The notes beneath the pieces were generated by a model that saw only the letters and a program-made list of their open reading frames with translations, had not been told where the DNA came from and searched no databases. DNA of 64,000 bases from Oopsacas minuta. Lineage: Eukaryota > Animalia > Porifera. This document shows, one piece after another, positions 13,310 to 26,720 of the stretch (the first letter of the stretch is position 1; each line of letters opens with the position of its first letter). The translations under genes were made by a program, and so were the position numbers. Location: positions 68,459 to 132,458 of the forward strand of contig JAKMXF010000355.1 in assembly GCA_024704765.1 (NCBI GenBank). The letters are read 5' to 3'.

Positions 13310-13849
13310 TAAGAATTTTCGGACTTAGTCATGTTTCAAAATATAGAGCAATACAAAAGGTTAAATTCAATCTTATAATCTATAGGAAAAACAAAGAACC
13401 TACATGAATGAGTGACATACCTATCAGTGAATTATAATAAATAAGAATGAACCGCTTTTAGCATATTCTAAGTATTCTCTTACAAGTTAGAGATGGTTAT
13501 CAACCATGCGTGTTGGAATAAACTCATAACATCATAAAAAGAATGAATTATAATGGGCTGTTGATGAAATATATTGTTCATCAAGCGAATTATTTGCATT
13601 TGTATAGTTTTTAACATTGTTAAATGGATTGTGTATACTTTTTCTTGCATGTTAGTGTAGTATGGCTGTTTCATGGTTGAAAAAGTAACAATTGATTTTT
13701 CTATCTGAGTGATAAAAAGCAAATCAACAGTGTGGATCATCTCCAAGTAGAGAGATCTAAGCAAATAAATATAAACAATTCATTTCGATATCAGAAATAC
13801 AACTGCATGTAATTTCAAACTTAAATTTTTCACGATTGTCGCAATTTTC

Positions 13850-14786
13850 ATGGCTACTCCCGTATTTAGACATGTAATGATGCCTACATCTTTTCCGTAC
13901 GTCGATGAGATTAGATTGAAAGAATTATTCTTAAGGATAACCATCAATCGTGACAATTGTATCGATTGGTTGAGGGTTCACGGATTATTACCAAGAATTA
14001 TGAGATGTAGATGCGGGGCAAATATGTCGTAGGCGTATTTTCTAGGGTGACGAAAGGAGAGGTTGGAGATGTCCTGAAAGAGTTACAAGAAATTTGCATC
14101 CCTAAGAGTAGGATCATTCTTTGAGGGATCCACTCTTCCTCTTACTCAGTTGGTGGAATTTTTGTATTTTTGGGCAGAAGGACTACAAAGTACACATTTC
14201 TTAATCCTAAATCTTAAGTGGTCTCCAAACACCACCACGGATTGGAAAAATTTCTTTAGGGATATCAGTATGGAGAAGTACCTCTCTAATGCAGACCAAT
14301 CGGAGGGCATAGGCACATCGTTGAGATCGATGAAAGCAAGTTTGGGAAAAGAAAGTACCATCGAGGAAGGCAACTATCAGGAAAATGGGCGTTTGGTGGG
14401 GTTGATAGAGTGACCAAAGAAGCTTTCATGGTCACAGTTGAAAATAGATCAGCTTCTACATTGATTCCCATTATAGAACAGTATATCAAACCGGGTACTA
14501 TTATTCTAAGCGATGAATTGGATTCATACAATCTTATTCCACCTGCTACGTTTACCCATTTGACTGTTAACACAGTATCCAGTTTGTGGTCCCTGGAACA
14601 GAGATTCACACACAAACAATAGAAAGTATTTGGGCTCAAGCCAAGAAAAAGATGAGAAATTCCATGACCACCAACCGCGAGCTCTTGGATACATACCTCG
14701 CTGAGTATTGCTGGAGAAAGAAATATGGAGACAATCCATTTCACAACTTTATGATAGAAATAAGAAAACAATATACTGTTACTTAG
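13850..14786 (+). pseudogene. Merlin transposase, disrupted
   Basis: N-terminal CRCG; IVEIDESKFGKRKYHRGR; VENRSASTLIPIIEQYIKPGTIILSDE; HTQTIESIWAQAK; YLAEYCWR. Stop at 14030-14032 and several frameshifts. Confidence 0.92.
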
Positions 14787-16385
14787 ATACAATCTCTTGC
14801 ATGCTAATTACTAGTTTTTCATAGTTGCTAGATATTTACATGAAAATCAAATAATTCTAGTTGTTCAAACAGTGGACCCAGCCATGGGCTCAAACCATTT
14901 AAAAGTAGTTTATTTGACAATATTATACAGTTATTATTTGATATTGTTCCAAATTTGTTCCGTTGATAGCGAGTAGAATGCCATTGTTTGCTTTATATCA
15001 CACAATAGAGATCCTTTTGTTGCTAAAATGACAACAAGTGTTGATGAAATGACAGGCGAAAATCTGTTTGAAATTTGCATAGATTTGTTGGTAAAATGCA
15101 GCATTCCCAATATACTCAATTAAATACTTATATTTCATTCTATAGTTATAATTATTAAATAATATAAATATATTGCAGATTGTATATTTACCAAATATGT
15201 CTATTTAATTGGAGATTTAAGAGAATGATTAATAGGTAACATAAATTACTTAAACATTGGAATGCTAATTAGGTATGTTGTAATATTGTATGCACATTAC
15301 TATGCTATTTGTAACACTATTATTGTAATATATTTGGCTTCAATGAAGTTGCAATTTTTCCCATAGACTTTGGCTTATAAGCTAGAATTGCTGTAACTTT
15401 TTTGTTTCTTGACCGATTTTAGAAATCTCTAGCTCAATCTTCATCTCTCAACATGCTCTATAACGGCTCATATATAGCGATTTACCATCTTGCAAAAAGT
15501 TGGGGTGTAACATTCTATAATTGTACCGAAATATTTGTTGTTGCTTTGTTATTGCAAACAGATGTTTGGATTTTTACTACAACTATAGGAAACAAGTTGG
15601 TGGTCTTTTCGAGTAAAGGGGCTAAAGTGATTGATGTCCTAGTATCGCTTCCTCCAAACCCTGAATGCTAATTATATTTATATCATAATGGGGTTCATTA
15701 TTGACCCATTTTAGATTTAAATAAAGTTGTTTTGTTTAAGACTACACTCTAGTGAGAAATGCCTAAATTCAATATGTATTCATATTAGGATCGTGGATAC
15801 CGTGGGGATTAATTTACCACATGTACATCTAATGAGGGTCTGAATATTAGAATCGGAAAATCCATCTGGTTTCACATGTTTAGTTATAGAATTTTAATAT
15901 TATGTACCTCATTAGATCTAATATGGGTGAAAATTATCCCTTTCATGATCCATGATCCTAATATAAGCTGTTTTCAGTAATGATAAATGTGTAATATATA
16001 TAGACAATCAAAAGATTGGTTCAAGTAATTAATCTACCAGTTGCAAATGATATGTAAGAATTGAATATGGCTTTTAGCCTTCACATTTTCATATTTCAAT
16101 AATGAACAATGGAGCTTTGGATCCAAGATTGTTGAAGCTGAAATATGATTTCTACTGGTATAAGATACTTCTATTGGATTAATTAATTCACTGTACACAA
16201 TTATACAGAATTCTTTAATTGTTGTTATTTATTAAATAATTTGAAGAATAATTATGTACATTTGAATTGCGATAAAAAAGTACCATAATTGAAGATCTAT
16301 TTTCTAGATATAACAACTTGTTTAAGGCCCCCCCCTTCTTTCAATATATTTATTCGCAAGAGACTCGTATCACTAAAACTACAAC

Positions 16386-16740
16386 TAGAGATGCACCGGA
16401 TAATACTATATATAGACAGAATGCATGATTTGATGTAATCTACGTACAATAACTCAAATGTCTAGTTCAAGATATACTGTGCTATAACAAACCTATCGAG
16501 ACACTAATAATGGAAATGTAATATTCCTAAATTTCAGAACAAAGAGGAAATGCTCTCCGTTTTCAGGTAAGAATCTGTTGCGCCTTTCTTCAAATACAAT
16601 TCCAGCACTACTAACTAATCTTTCACTATATATTGAGCTAGGTGGAGTACCCAAATATTTAACAAAAGTATCCGATATCCGGCCAGATAACCAGAAAATT
16701 AGAAGCCGGATAGGAAATTTTCATATCCGGTGCATCTCTA
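16386..16740. mobile_element. hAT-type MITE, 355 bp
   Basis: Perfect 16-bp TIR TAGAGATGCACCGGAT / ATCCGGTGCATCTCTA; flanks ACTACAAC/CTAACAAC (degenerate 8-bp TSD); internal CCGGAT-type motifs. Confidence 0.8.
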
Positions 16741-16786
16741 CTAACAACTCTGGCGAAGGACTTTGTCTACATTATTTAAATTTTTA

Positions 16787-16852
<66 letters not shown>

Positions 16853-16873
16853 TTTATCGTTATTATTATTACA

Positions 16874-16928
<55 letters not shown>

Positions 16929-16938
16929 TTATTATCAC

Positions 16939-16969
<31 letters not shown>

Positions 16970-16993
16970 TATTCTTATTATTAATTATTATTA
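16787..16993. repeat. (ATT)n microsatellite, about 200 bp, with interruptions
   Basis: Directly visible; it produces the poly-Ile ORF artefacts. Confidence 0.98.
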
Positions 16994-18279
16994 ATTAATT
17001 ATCAGTATTTTGTAACTTTTACTGTAGAAATATATATTTAATGAATAACTATACCAAGAAGTCCCTAAATTAGTTTTTTTTTAACAAGTTACAATGGGAA
17101 CTATAACAAGTATGACGATCTGACAACTTATACGTACTAATGATGTTGCAATTGCATAGACTTACAAGTGTAGTCAGTGCAATAATTACCGTATATAACG
17201 CAATAACAATAGTGAAGTACAGGAAAATTGGGAAAATTGGGAAAAATATAAATAAATAAATCAGAGAAAGATTACTAGCGACCCCTGTTTATATTAAGAA
17301 ATAGAATTATATGATACGAAAGTAGGTATCTATAAATTTTGAAGGGATTCTGAACCAAATAACTTCAAGAATTGATCTCAAAGTTAGAATTCGTAATACA
17401 CAAAAAACCTGAGAATTTATCGATATTTGCAGGCTGTTGTTGCTGAGAATTTCTAGTGTAACACAAAAATATCGATATTGTCATAAACGTCTATATCTCA
17501 ACTATCGATTAGCATAAAAATAACTGAAATTCAGTCGGATTTAGGATAAGAGTTTGAACTAACTCTACTTTGTGTAGAATATGTTTCGTTTCCTACCACT
17601 CTCACTCCTGACTTAAAATTCGAATTCCTCTAGCTCCGCGAGTTGTTGATATTTTTATATGAAATTGAAATTTCATGAACGTCCATACCACTTAAATATG
17701 CATAGAGAATTTCAGAATCGAATTCTGACTTTAGGTGGGTAAATTCAACCGAAAAATTCCAAACAAAAATGTAACTAAAAGTAATATTTAAAAAAACCAA
17801 AAACATATTGTGTACAACGTCCAACTCTCTTCTTTCTAACTTCACACTCTTACATCATTTGGCTTTAAACACATCAAATATATTATGGGAAGTCATATTA
17901 AGGGGGTTCGTGGATAGTATGTATTCACTTAAATTATTTGTGGAATGTACTTATGTAATTTTCAAACCAATGTATATATGGTAATATCTTGATTACATCG
18001 ACATCAGTTAACTTTAGACATATGAAATGCATTAATTTTATTTCAAGCAGAATGAATATCCTACATAATTGTAGGGTAAGTAAGTGTACTGATACTGAGT
18101 TTGATATATTTAACTTTTCTCCCATACAAGTAACGCATTTTTGGTCATAGTGCTACTTCAATTTCATTGTGTCTTACACAATAGACCAATGGCCATATTT
18201 AGAAGGTGTTCAAATCGGAGGCGTAGCTAGCATTTCTCTTTGGGGTTGCCCATGGGTTAAATATTTAACACCCTTTTGG

Positions 18280-18920
18280 TGATTAATCATGTTTTCACAG
18301 CTTCAATGTAAAATGCAACAAGCTAGAGATTGTGCTTCAACATGTTGTCAGAGTAATGTGGTGAGTAGAGTCTGTTTTGAGATATTCGGAGTCTGAAAGT
18401 TACAAATTCACAGATTCATCATATATGATTAACATATTTTCACACCTTTTGCTAATATTGCTAAAATGATGCTAGAGATTTTGTTTCATCTGCTAGTTAG
18501 TGATAATCAGGTAAGTAGATCCAAATTTCACATTTTCAAATCTATATCTACGTATATGATTTATCATGTAATTGATTGATTAATCATATTTCACACACTT
18601 GCATACTCTTCAGAAGGATGCTAGATATCTCGTTATAATTGATAGCAAGGGTAATCGAGTAGGTAGATTTAAATTTCACATTTTCAAATCTTTTTATGCA
18701 TGATTTAAAGTATGATTAATCATATTTCACAACTTTTCGCATACCTTCAAATGATGCAAGATATTTCATTCCAACTCCTAATCAGGGGTAATCGAGCATG
18801 TGAGACCAATTCTACATTTTCAAATCTCTCACTCAGTGATTAATCATATTTTTTGCACATACTTCATATTGATGCTAGAGATTTCGTTCCAAATGTTTGA
18901 CTGTGGGTAATTGCAGGATC
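18280..18920. repeat. Degenerate tandem repeat, about 5 units of roughly 130-150 bp
   Basis: Recurring blocks GATTAATCATATTT(T)CAC, GATGCTAGAGATTT and AATTTCACATTTTCAAATCT in constant order. Confidence 0.75.
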
Positions 18921-19977
18921 TCTATTTTTCAATGAAGTCACCTATGGGTTAGTACCTCACCCAAGTGACCCTACTTGGCTCTGTTTCAGTGACTATTAGG
19001 GTTAGGATGTTGATTGTTGGATATGTTTTCATAAACATAGATAGCACATAATAACATAAAGGACTTTTGTATTTCTCGACTAGAGTCTGAAATATGGATA
19101 CTTTCACTGACGTCATCTTTGGACAGGACAAAAATACTTAGACAAGTACCATTAATAGCGTCAGTAAGTGTGTCCATATTTTTGGATATGTTTATGTAGT
19201 CGCTGAAACTGTGCTATTATACTTAAATATGTAAACTGATTTATGAGGTCAATTAAGTAACAATGGTAGGTTGATAATTTGAACGTCTATAATTCCAAAA
19301 TATTCTAAAAAAGGCCAATCAAAATTTCCTTTACCGTATGCCTATGTCATGTATGTGTATGTACTATACAAAGTTGAACCAAATCGAAGAAAGTTGTATT
19401 TTGTTTGACTGTGGCCTTATAGTCAATTTCGAAGTGGCACTTAGCATCTATATCGCGAAAACTAAATTCTGCTTGACTATTAAAAATTGTATAATGTAAC
19501 TCAGAATGTCCTCAATCTGAATTGATATATCTAATGAGGCTTGGCCATAGTTCCACTTAACTGTCATGCACCCTTCTAAATGGTTGTTATGACCAGTAGA
19601 ACATGGAAAATAGTTTACTAGAGAACAGAAGAAATCGACATCATTAATTTAGATTACTATCAAATTGAACGGAAAGAAAAAGTGTACAAATATCTACTCG
19701 CTATCTGTAACATAGAAATAACGATTTAATGGGAGAATTTTACTATTTTGATCTAGTCGTAGGGCTAAAGGGGAGGTTTCTAAGGAAACAATGGAAAACA
19801 ATTAAATATTGCTTTCTAGGACTGCTCTAGTTTCATGCAATTATTTTATTCATGAATATCAATCCAGAAATGTAGCAGGCAGGAGATTTTCGTCTTATTC
19901 TAATAATTAATTAAGGAAGCAAGGTTTCATTATGTATGAAGAATTTATTAAGTTTTCAGACCACGAAAATGAGATAT

Positions 19978-20997
19978 TCACTTTTCAAAACATATTATCA
20001 GCTCTGGTATAGCCCTAAAAAGATCAGCAACTAAACCATAATCAGCTACCTGGAAAATCGGAGCATCAGGATCTTTGTTTATCGCGACTATCGTTTTACT
20101 GTCCTTCATGCCAGCTAGATGTTGTATTGCACCAGAAATACCAACTGCAATGTAAAGTTGTGGGGCTACGATTTTGCCTGTTTGCCCAACCTGCAATTCG
20201 TTGGAAACAAAACCAGCGTCAACAGCAGCGCGGCTAGCTCCTACAGCGGCTCCCATCTTACCTGCTAGCTTATAGAGTATATTAAAGTTATCCCCAGATT
20301 TTAATCCCCTACCACCTGATATCACTATCTTTGCACTAGAGAGTTGAGGTCTGTTAGATAAAGAGAGGGAATGACATTTCCATTCAGACATAGTCGTTTG
20401 ATCTATAGATTCTATTCTATCAACTGATGCACAGTTGTCTTGCTGAAGGGATGTTGGGAATGCAGTACTTCTCACAGTAAAAAGCTTGAGAGCATCAGTA
20501 GAAGTAATAGTTAGAATAGCATTACTGGCATATACTGTACGAACATATGTTTCAGGAGACATAATGCCGGTAATTTCTGAAATGGGAGCAACATTCAGTT
20601 TTCCAGCCACTCGGGGTATTACAGCCTTACCAAAAGATGAGGCAGACATAGAGATATGAGAAAAATTGTACTGTTTCTGCAGAGACACTATTAGATTGGT
20701 GTATGGTTCTACGAGAGGGTGTTTAAATATTTTACTTGAAGCAACTAAGACTTTAGAAATGCCAATAAATTTGGAAACCGTATTGGCTACTATATTAACT
20801 TCGTTGCACCCATGCCCGGCAACTAGGCAAAAAATCTCTCCTCCAATCTTCTGAGAAGCGGAGAGTGTATGACCAGTTGAAGGATTGACTTGTCCATTTT
20901 CATGCTCAACACAGAGTAGAGTAGAGTGAAAACAATTTGTGCTTCTGGAAAAGGAGACAATGCAACGAGAGATCAAACGAAAAGATCGAATGTTCAT
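19978..20997 (-). CDS. ETFA: Electron transfer flavoprotein subunit alpha, mitochondrial precursor (339 aa, single exon)
   Basis: Uninterrupted ORF with an Arg/Ser-rich N-terminal presequence and the FAD-binding C-domain: [84 protein letters not shown]. Confidence 0.97.
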   Translation of the reverse strand: MNIRSFRLISRCIVSFSRSTNCFHSTLLCVEHENGQVNPSTGHTLSASQKIGGEIFCLVAGHGCNEVNIVANTVSKFIGISKVLVASSKIFKHPLVEPYTNLIVSLQKQYNFSHISMSASSFGKAVIPRVAGKLNVAPISEITGIMSPETYVRTVYASNAILTITSTDALKLFTVRSTAFPTSLQQDNCASVDRIESIDQTTMSEWKCHSLSLSNRPQLSSAKIVISGGRGLKSGDNFNILYKLAGKMGAAVGASRAAVDAGFVSNELQVGQTGKIVAPQLYIAVGISGAIQHLAGMKDSKTIVAINKDPDAPIFQVADYGLVADLFRAIPELIICFEK

Positions 20998-23129
20998 GCT
21001 ATAACAAGCAAAAAATATTTCATAAAAATATCATTAGCATTTTCACTGAGTGAAATAGGCAAATAGGCATATCTTCAGAAAAGATTTTGCATGGATTGTT
21101 GGATTCTCATATTAGAATTATAAGGAAAATACTATTGCCGGTTTTTACAAAGTGCCGTATTTTACTGGATATGCGCAGGGCTCTTTATCATTTCGTGGCC
21201 ATTTTCGCATGAACACTTTTTACAATTTTGGAAAATTCCATACATTTTGGGAATCTTAAACTTTATCCTAATATTTTTGCACGCGCACTGCAAATGTGAT
21301 CAAGTAAGGTAGTGGTAAATTTTATTCATTCAGAGGTCTTGGAGCTTTTTTGTAGCCCCGGAACTTATCCAGCAAATAAGGTATATTAACAGCAGCAGCC
21401 CAACTTGAATATTCTGAATAAAAGAATTTGTGGATTCGGTGGTTGTATAATTATCATGCGGATAACGTAGGATACGTTTAATACTTTATACGTGATCTAT
21501 TCGAACGATTATACGTCTAGATTAATCTCGATATAGGAGATGTTTTTTGACATTATTAAACTTGTATGTATATCACATAATTATCAAATATTATATAATT
21601 TGGTCAACTAAGCTGAGATTTCTCATTAAAGAGAAGAGTTATTATCACTACGTATTTCCACATTTTAATCAAAACTCGATATTTACCGCTTTACATAGTT
21701 CAAAGATAGGATAATTTGAGTAATTGTGCCACATTATTCCCCACTGAGCAAATAAATTGGCACATGTTGACAACGTTCTTGCTCTATGGATTGATGGCAT
21801 GTATTTCTATAAGTGTGTAATGCATTCATTCGGCAAATGTGCACTAGTTCTGAAATACATTTACCAAACTTATGTCTTGCTCGTTAACCCATCCCTGATC
21901 CTGAAAAATGGCCAGGGTCATTGCATTGGTGTATTAGAATGCTATGGATATATAAATATATCAGATAGTTCGAAATTGAACATTGAACCAGAATTTAACA
22001 TTTAAATGCTGATCTGAGATTATTTTCGGTGAGGATCCAAATCCGACTAAGGTAATAATCGCAATGTATAAAATTGAAAATAACCAAAAATGGATCAATT
22101 CCAGAAAGCGTGAGTTTTTCAATATTTACCTACCCTAAATCAACTTTAAAGTCAATGCAAGGGTACATGGAAGTGCATATAGTAGAGTTTGATTATTACA
22201 ACACGAACATTGCACAAATTTTGGTTGCTAATAGGGGAACAGAATCAAGACAAATATATACTTAGGACCTGAAATATTAAGCGAGTTGCTTATAAGCGAA
22301 CTTCACTGTAGATGCATGCACCCAGCGTCCGGAGTATATGGCCAACTTTCAATCCAATGAGCAAATAGACTATAGTTTACAATATAGTATCCACCAAATA
22401 TGTATTGTTACAATGAATTCGGATTTTAAAGAGTTTTGTAGCAAATTATTACGAATAAATTTTCTATTCAGATTTTCGTAATCTTTCATGAAATTTACTT
22501 CATTGTAGGACTTGCATGTCAATGTCTGGAAAAGATTGTTTCATTAATAACGCAGAATTCTACACATTGCATTCTCAATAGATTTGGGAAATATGGTCAA
22601 TTAATTTTGTAGAGTGTCCGTTATCATAGCCTACTAAACATAAGGCGATTTCATTGAGCTAAATGCGTGGACCAGGGATAAGATGGAGGGGATTTTCGTA
22701 TACACCAATAATGTCAACATGTTTTTAATAAAACAAATAGTGGAGTTAATTCTCCCTTTGATTTTGTAACAATAGACATAAGTAGGGGTTACTTTTGGAT
22801 TAGATATAGAGAAGTAATTTTCCGACAAAAGTGAACGAGCAAAGCTCTCTCACTTTTGAAAAAGAGCCGGGCATGGCCGAAGCCAATCTTTTTGATATGG
22901 CAACAGCACAAAATGCAGCCTAAAAGTGCTGTTCCACTACACAGCAATATTCAAAATTTCTCTACCATAACCGATACGGTCGAAGTGTAGGTTCGTAACG
23001 AAATAGAAACAAAAATTTTACAAATTCGTTTTAACAAATTGACGAATCAAGTTGAGATTTTAGTACGTTTTGACGTCATAAATTTCACATTTTTCCCGAA
23101 CTATTCGGTTATGTTTACTCTCCAAATTT

Positions 23130-23295
23130 GTACAACTAATGCCAACTCTCAAAATATCAATTAGAATTAATGCCACATCTCAAAAAAATCGATTAGAACT
23201 AATACTAACTCTCCAAATCTCGAGTAGAACTACTGCCTATTCTCGACTAGAAAAAATGCGAAATCTTCACTTCGAACTAACGACAACTCTAGAAA
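23130..23295. repeat. Degenerate tandem repeat of about 30-bp units (AGAACTAATGCCAACTCTC core)
   Basis: Five to six diverged copies are visible in succession. Confidence 0.6.
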
Positions 23296-26241
23296 TAGGC
23301 ACTGGTTAATACACCTTTTCATTTCATGTACACGAATGTATTACAAAAATTAGTGAAGTATTCGATCAATCCCTAGTCCAAAGTTTTGACGACCAATTTC
23401 GCCTTGGTATATATGATGTTTGGATTTGGCCTTATCGAAAATCATTTGATCCGCCAAATCTTTTGACACCGATCAAATCATTTGACACCTACAATTTTGC
23501 CATTGAGAGCAAATTTTACCAATTCTTACGTTATCTACATGAAAAAGCAATGTTTGCACATGATAAACTCGTATATATGAAAAGTGAATAAAAAGCCGGA
23601 CGAAAGGTAATAAAGATCCCCACATGTCTGTCTAGTACATCATTGGTTAACCTGAGATAGAAGTTTAAACATATTTGTACAAGATTTAGGTGCAAAATTG
23701 TTTAGCGATCTATCGACTATGTCACGTATCGGAATTTTAATCACATTAGTAGAGGGTAGGCTCATCAATACTTTAAAGATTGGCTCCATGTATATAATGT
23801 AATCTACTTCTACTAACATTCAAATAAATCTGTGTTGGAGTCTGAGGATTTTTGTATACTTAGTCGAGGTCACCAGATAACAGAACAGTAGACAAATAAT
23901 AAGGAAAGTAGAACCATACCTTGTTATCATAGTTCATGGTATATTAGTGTTCAAACTTGTTTGGAATCATCTTTGGCCTCTCTAACAAAAGTGGCATGCG
24001 TGTTAGTGCCATGTGCCAATACTTTTGGCAAGGCAGTCTATAGTATATAAGAAAATAATATGGGGTTGCAATAGCTAGTGTCTCTAAAGTTTCTATACTT
24101 CTGTAGTATATATCACAATGCGTTTTCCACGAGTGTAACGAATAAACTCGATATCTTAATTAACTACTAAATTTAAGGTTTCATAATTTATGTATTCATA
24201 TATACAAAAGATTTAATTCCAATTACCAAAAATATATAATGCATCCTAAATAGAAAGTCAAAATTCAAAGGTTTTGGAAAGATTGACCCAACACAAGAAC
24301 ATAATCATGATACTAATAGATTAAACACAATTATCTCCGAAAAAAAGAGAGCAGCTAAAAATCTAGCAATATGTTACGTGATATTTTGATTGATATACAA
24401 TGGAGTCTTCAAATAACCGACAAGTTAGAGACATGGCTGTCCGTTGTAGAGAATTATCCGGTCCTTGGAGACTGCTTAGGTATTAACAAATCACATGCTT
24501 GGCAAATTCAAGCCGTGCCACAAGGTTTGTCTACTTTTCGGAGTGTCCCTATTGGGAGACTCCACTGCAAGCCGAAATCACTAAGAAGCAGCCACTAGTA
24601 TATTCGATTACAACACTAGAAATATTAGGTCTAAAAGACAAATGCTGTAGATTCCACGAACGCACAATCAGAAATGAGTTTCTTCACAAGATATCTGATG
24701 GAGAGGAAAGTGTAACAAACTTAGACGAAGGTATATGGCATGAACAGTCTATAGAATCTAGTAAAACTACTATTGGGATATATGTGGTAGTCTAGACTCC
24801 TTTAAATAAGGACTGCAGGAGCTAGAACTCAGTTCCTGGAACTTGGATCAATTTGAATAAATTTGATGTTCCATACTTCATAAGTGCCACACTTTAATCC
24901 GAATATATCAATCCACTAAATATTTATAGAAATATACTTCATCAATCGCAAAATGTAAAACTTTTGTCGAAATATATCTCAATTTTGTGCTTAGTAAGCA
25001 TTTTTGTGAGTAAATTCGTCCATATTTATACACCGTAGAACGATTACTACTAAAGATAAGATTTCAGCATGATCCAATGAGATTTTAATAGAATTTAAGA
25101 TGATAAAGTTGTAAAATTCTTGCGTTACAATATATAGTCATATTGAAATTAAGCCATGGTTAGTAAATATATCATATCAAAATGTATTACTTGGGTATGA
25201 GAGTCGGGTGTATACTAGGTATTGGATTGATTAAATTGGAGAAAGCATTTACACCTTCTTTGAGAAAAATTATTTTGAATTTGTATTAAATATGACATCA
25301 GCCACATGATACCTTTTGGATTTCCCAACTTTATCATGTCCAATTATAATATTCGTATAAAAATACCATGGAATCATTGAGTATAATTCCTGAAAACTTG
25401 TCTGTAATCTTATCCTTCTATGATGTGTGAAAGATATACACCTTCCACTGAAAAATGTCTACTAAGCACAAATTTTCACACATTTCGAAAAGATTTGGGA
25501 ATAATAATAGATTTCTCTAAATATCTAATCAATTTATTCGGATAAAACGTGGCAATTTTGAAATACAGTCAACTCCGCTTAATAGGGACACATCGGTTCC
25601 GGTCCACTTGTTCTGAATAAGTGAAATTCCCAAATAACCGTAAAATTTCGAATAATGATACTAAATGGCAACATATTTCCGTTACAGTGTTCACTAATGC
25701 ATGCTTACCACTCTATGTTGTGCCATACCAATCAAAAGCTTAAATCTGAAATTATCGGATTGGTTAGTGCCAATTCGTGAAACTATGGTGATAATAATCA
25801 GTAGGAAATAATATTTGAATTGTCGAAATTAACCAAATTTTGTCAGTATTTATAGAATTTTTCTTCATGTACCAAGAGTATTTGAATTAGATAAAATCAG
25901 GAGATATTTCGGCTTGATTGCGTTACTGATTTTCACTCGATTACCAGATATACATATTCCAACCTATAACCCTATTTTGCTTGGACAAGTAGTTGTTTTA
26001 TGTAGTACTTACTTTGTTAACACTTGACATTTGTCTATTTAGCTCCTCCTGTTGCGTCAGGATTTTACCTGAGAGGGCTATAATTAGTTAGGGGCAGTCT
26101 GGACCCAATCATAGTGATTAGGTATAAAATATTAGCGCCCTTTGAACACGAAATTATGTATAACGGCAGCTGACTAAGAACGAATACAGTAACTTAGATA
26201 TGAAGTAATTGAAATAAAGCAAACAAGTACATGCATAAAAT

Positions 26242-26553
26242 TTAATTGAGATACATTAAGAAATCCTTCCTAGAGGTATACTTTTGTGCAAATCTAACCC
26301 CGTCAGGTGATGGTTCAGAGAACGAAATTTGGCTTATAGGTATAACTTCATTGCTAAAGAATCTTGATCTAATGCAGTCAATAAGCTGGGTAGCAATATT
26401 GCATCGCCTATGTAAAGAGTGGACCCAAAGTCTACATATGCCCAATTTTGCAGAGTACAGGTCATCCGAGACTGAATAGGAACAGGATTCATCAAGCTGC
26501 ATTTCAATCCGATAGGAAGTGAGAATTTCTTCGGCAAAGCATATACCAACAAC
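26242..26553 (-). CDS. ESCO: Eco1/ESCO cohesin acetyltransferase, last exon (GNAT C-terminal part)
   Basis: Acceptor ttttatctag|GTT GTT GGT, phase 0. Encodes VVGICFAEEI...AKLGICRLWVHSLHRRCNIATQLIDCIR...ISFSEPSPDGVRFAQKY...FLMYLN*, matching the ESCO GISRIWV/RR.GIA/AFSDPT.DG motifs. Confidence 0.9.
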   Translation of the reverse strand, partial: VVGICFAEEILTSYRIEMQLDESCSYSVSDDLYSAKLGICRLWVHSLHRRCNIATQLIDCIRSRFFSNEVIPISQISFSEPSPDGVRFAQKYTSRKDFLMYLN

Positions 26554-26720
26554 CTAGATAAAAGGAACTACTTGTTAATGGTATATAACCCATAAAGTAT
26601 TTGAAAAAGCTTTAAAATTCATGAATACAACATTGTTCTGGCAATTTTGTTTCCTGAACAAAAAAATTGCTTTATTGGCTAAAGATCATGGAGTTTCAGA
26701 AATATAATCAGGTTCTCTTC

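Larger units (their letters stand above)
12165..15527 (+). mobile_element. Merlin (IS1595/IS1016-related) transposon, 3363 bp, with about 355-bp TIRs
   Basis: Both ends begin GGTACAATTATAGAATGTTACAC; inverted similarity covers 12165-12523 versus 15168-15527. 8-bp TSD GAAGTATT/GAAATATT (7/8). Confidence 0.92.
11915..15720 (+). pseudogene. OTU-like cysteine protease remnant split by the Merlin insertion
   Basis: HISGEGNC (Cys codon 11941-11943) ...YIIKTNMDRNTTWGTDVE on the left of Merlin; EIFVVALLLQTDVWIF...LYLYHNGVHY*P on the right. Removing Merlin and one TSD copy restores WGTDVEIF in frame. Confidence 0.75.

Noticed and set aside
14286-14792. 168-aa minus-strand ORF and similar overlapping ORFs (7064-7579, 28019-28252, 29044-29265, 60702-61242)
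   Set aside because: Antisense shadows of real transposase or host ORFs, with no recognisable motifs.
16741-16984. Poly-isoleucine ORFs on both strands
   Set aside because: Artefacts of the (ATT)n microsatellite.
19978-20997. Bacterial contamination or horizontal transfer of etfA
   Set aside because: It has an N-terminal presequence-like extension, no etfB partner or operon, and sits in continuous eukaryotic TE context.
24371-25500. Overlapping ORFs of 75-98 aa, with a faint resemblance to a LINE RT tail (IFDYNTRN)
   Set aside because: A single short motif in AT-rich DNA is insufficient.
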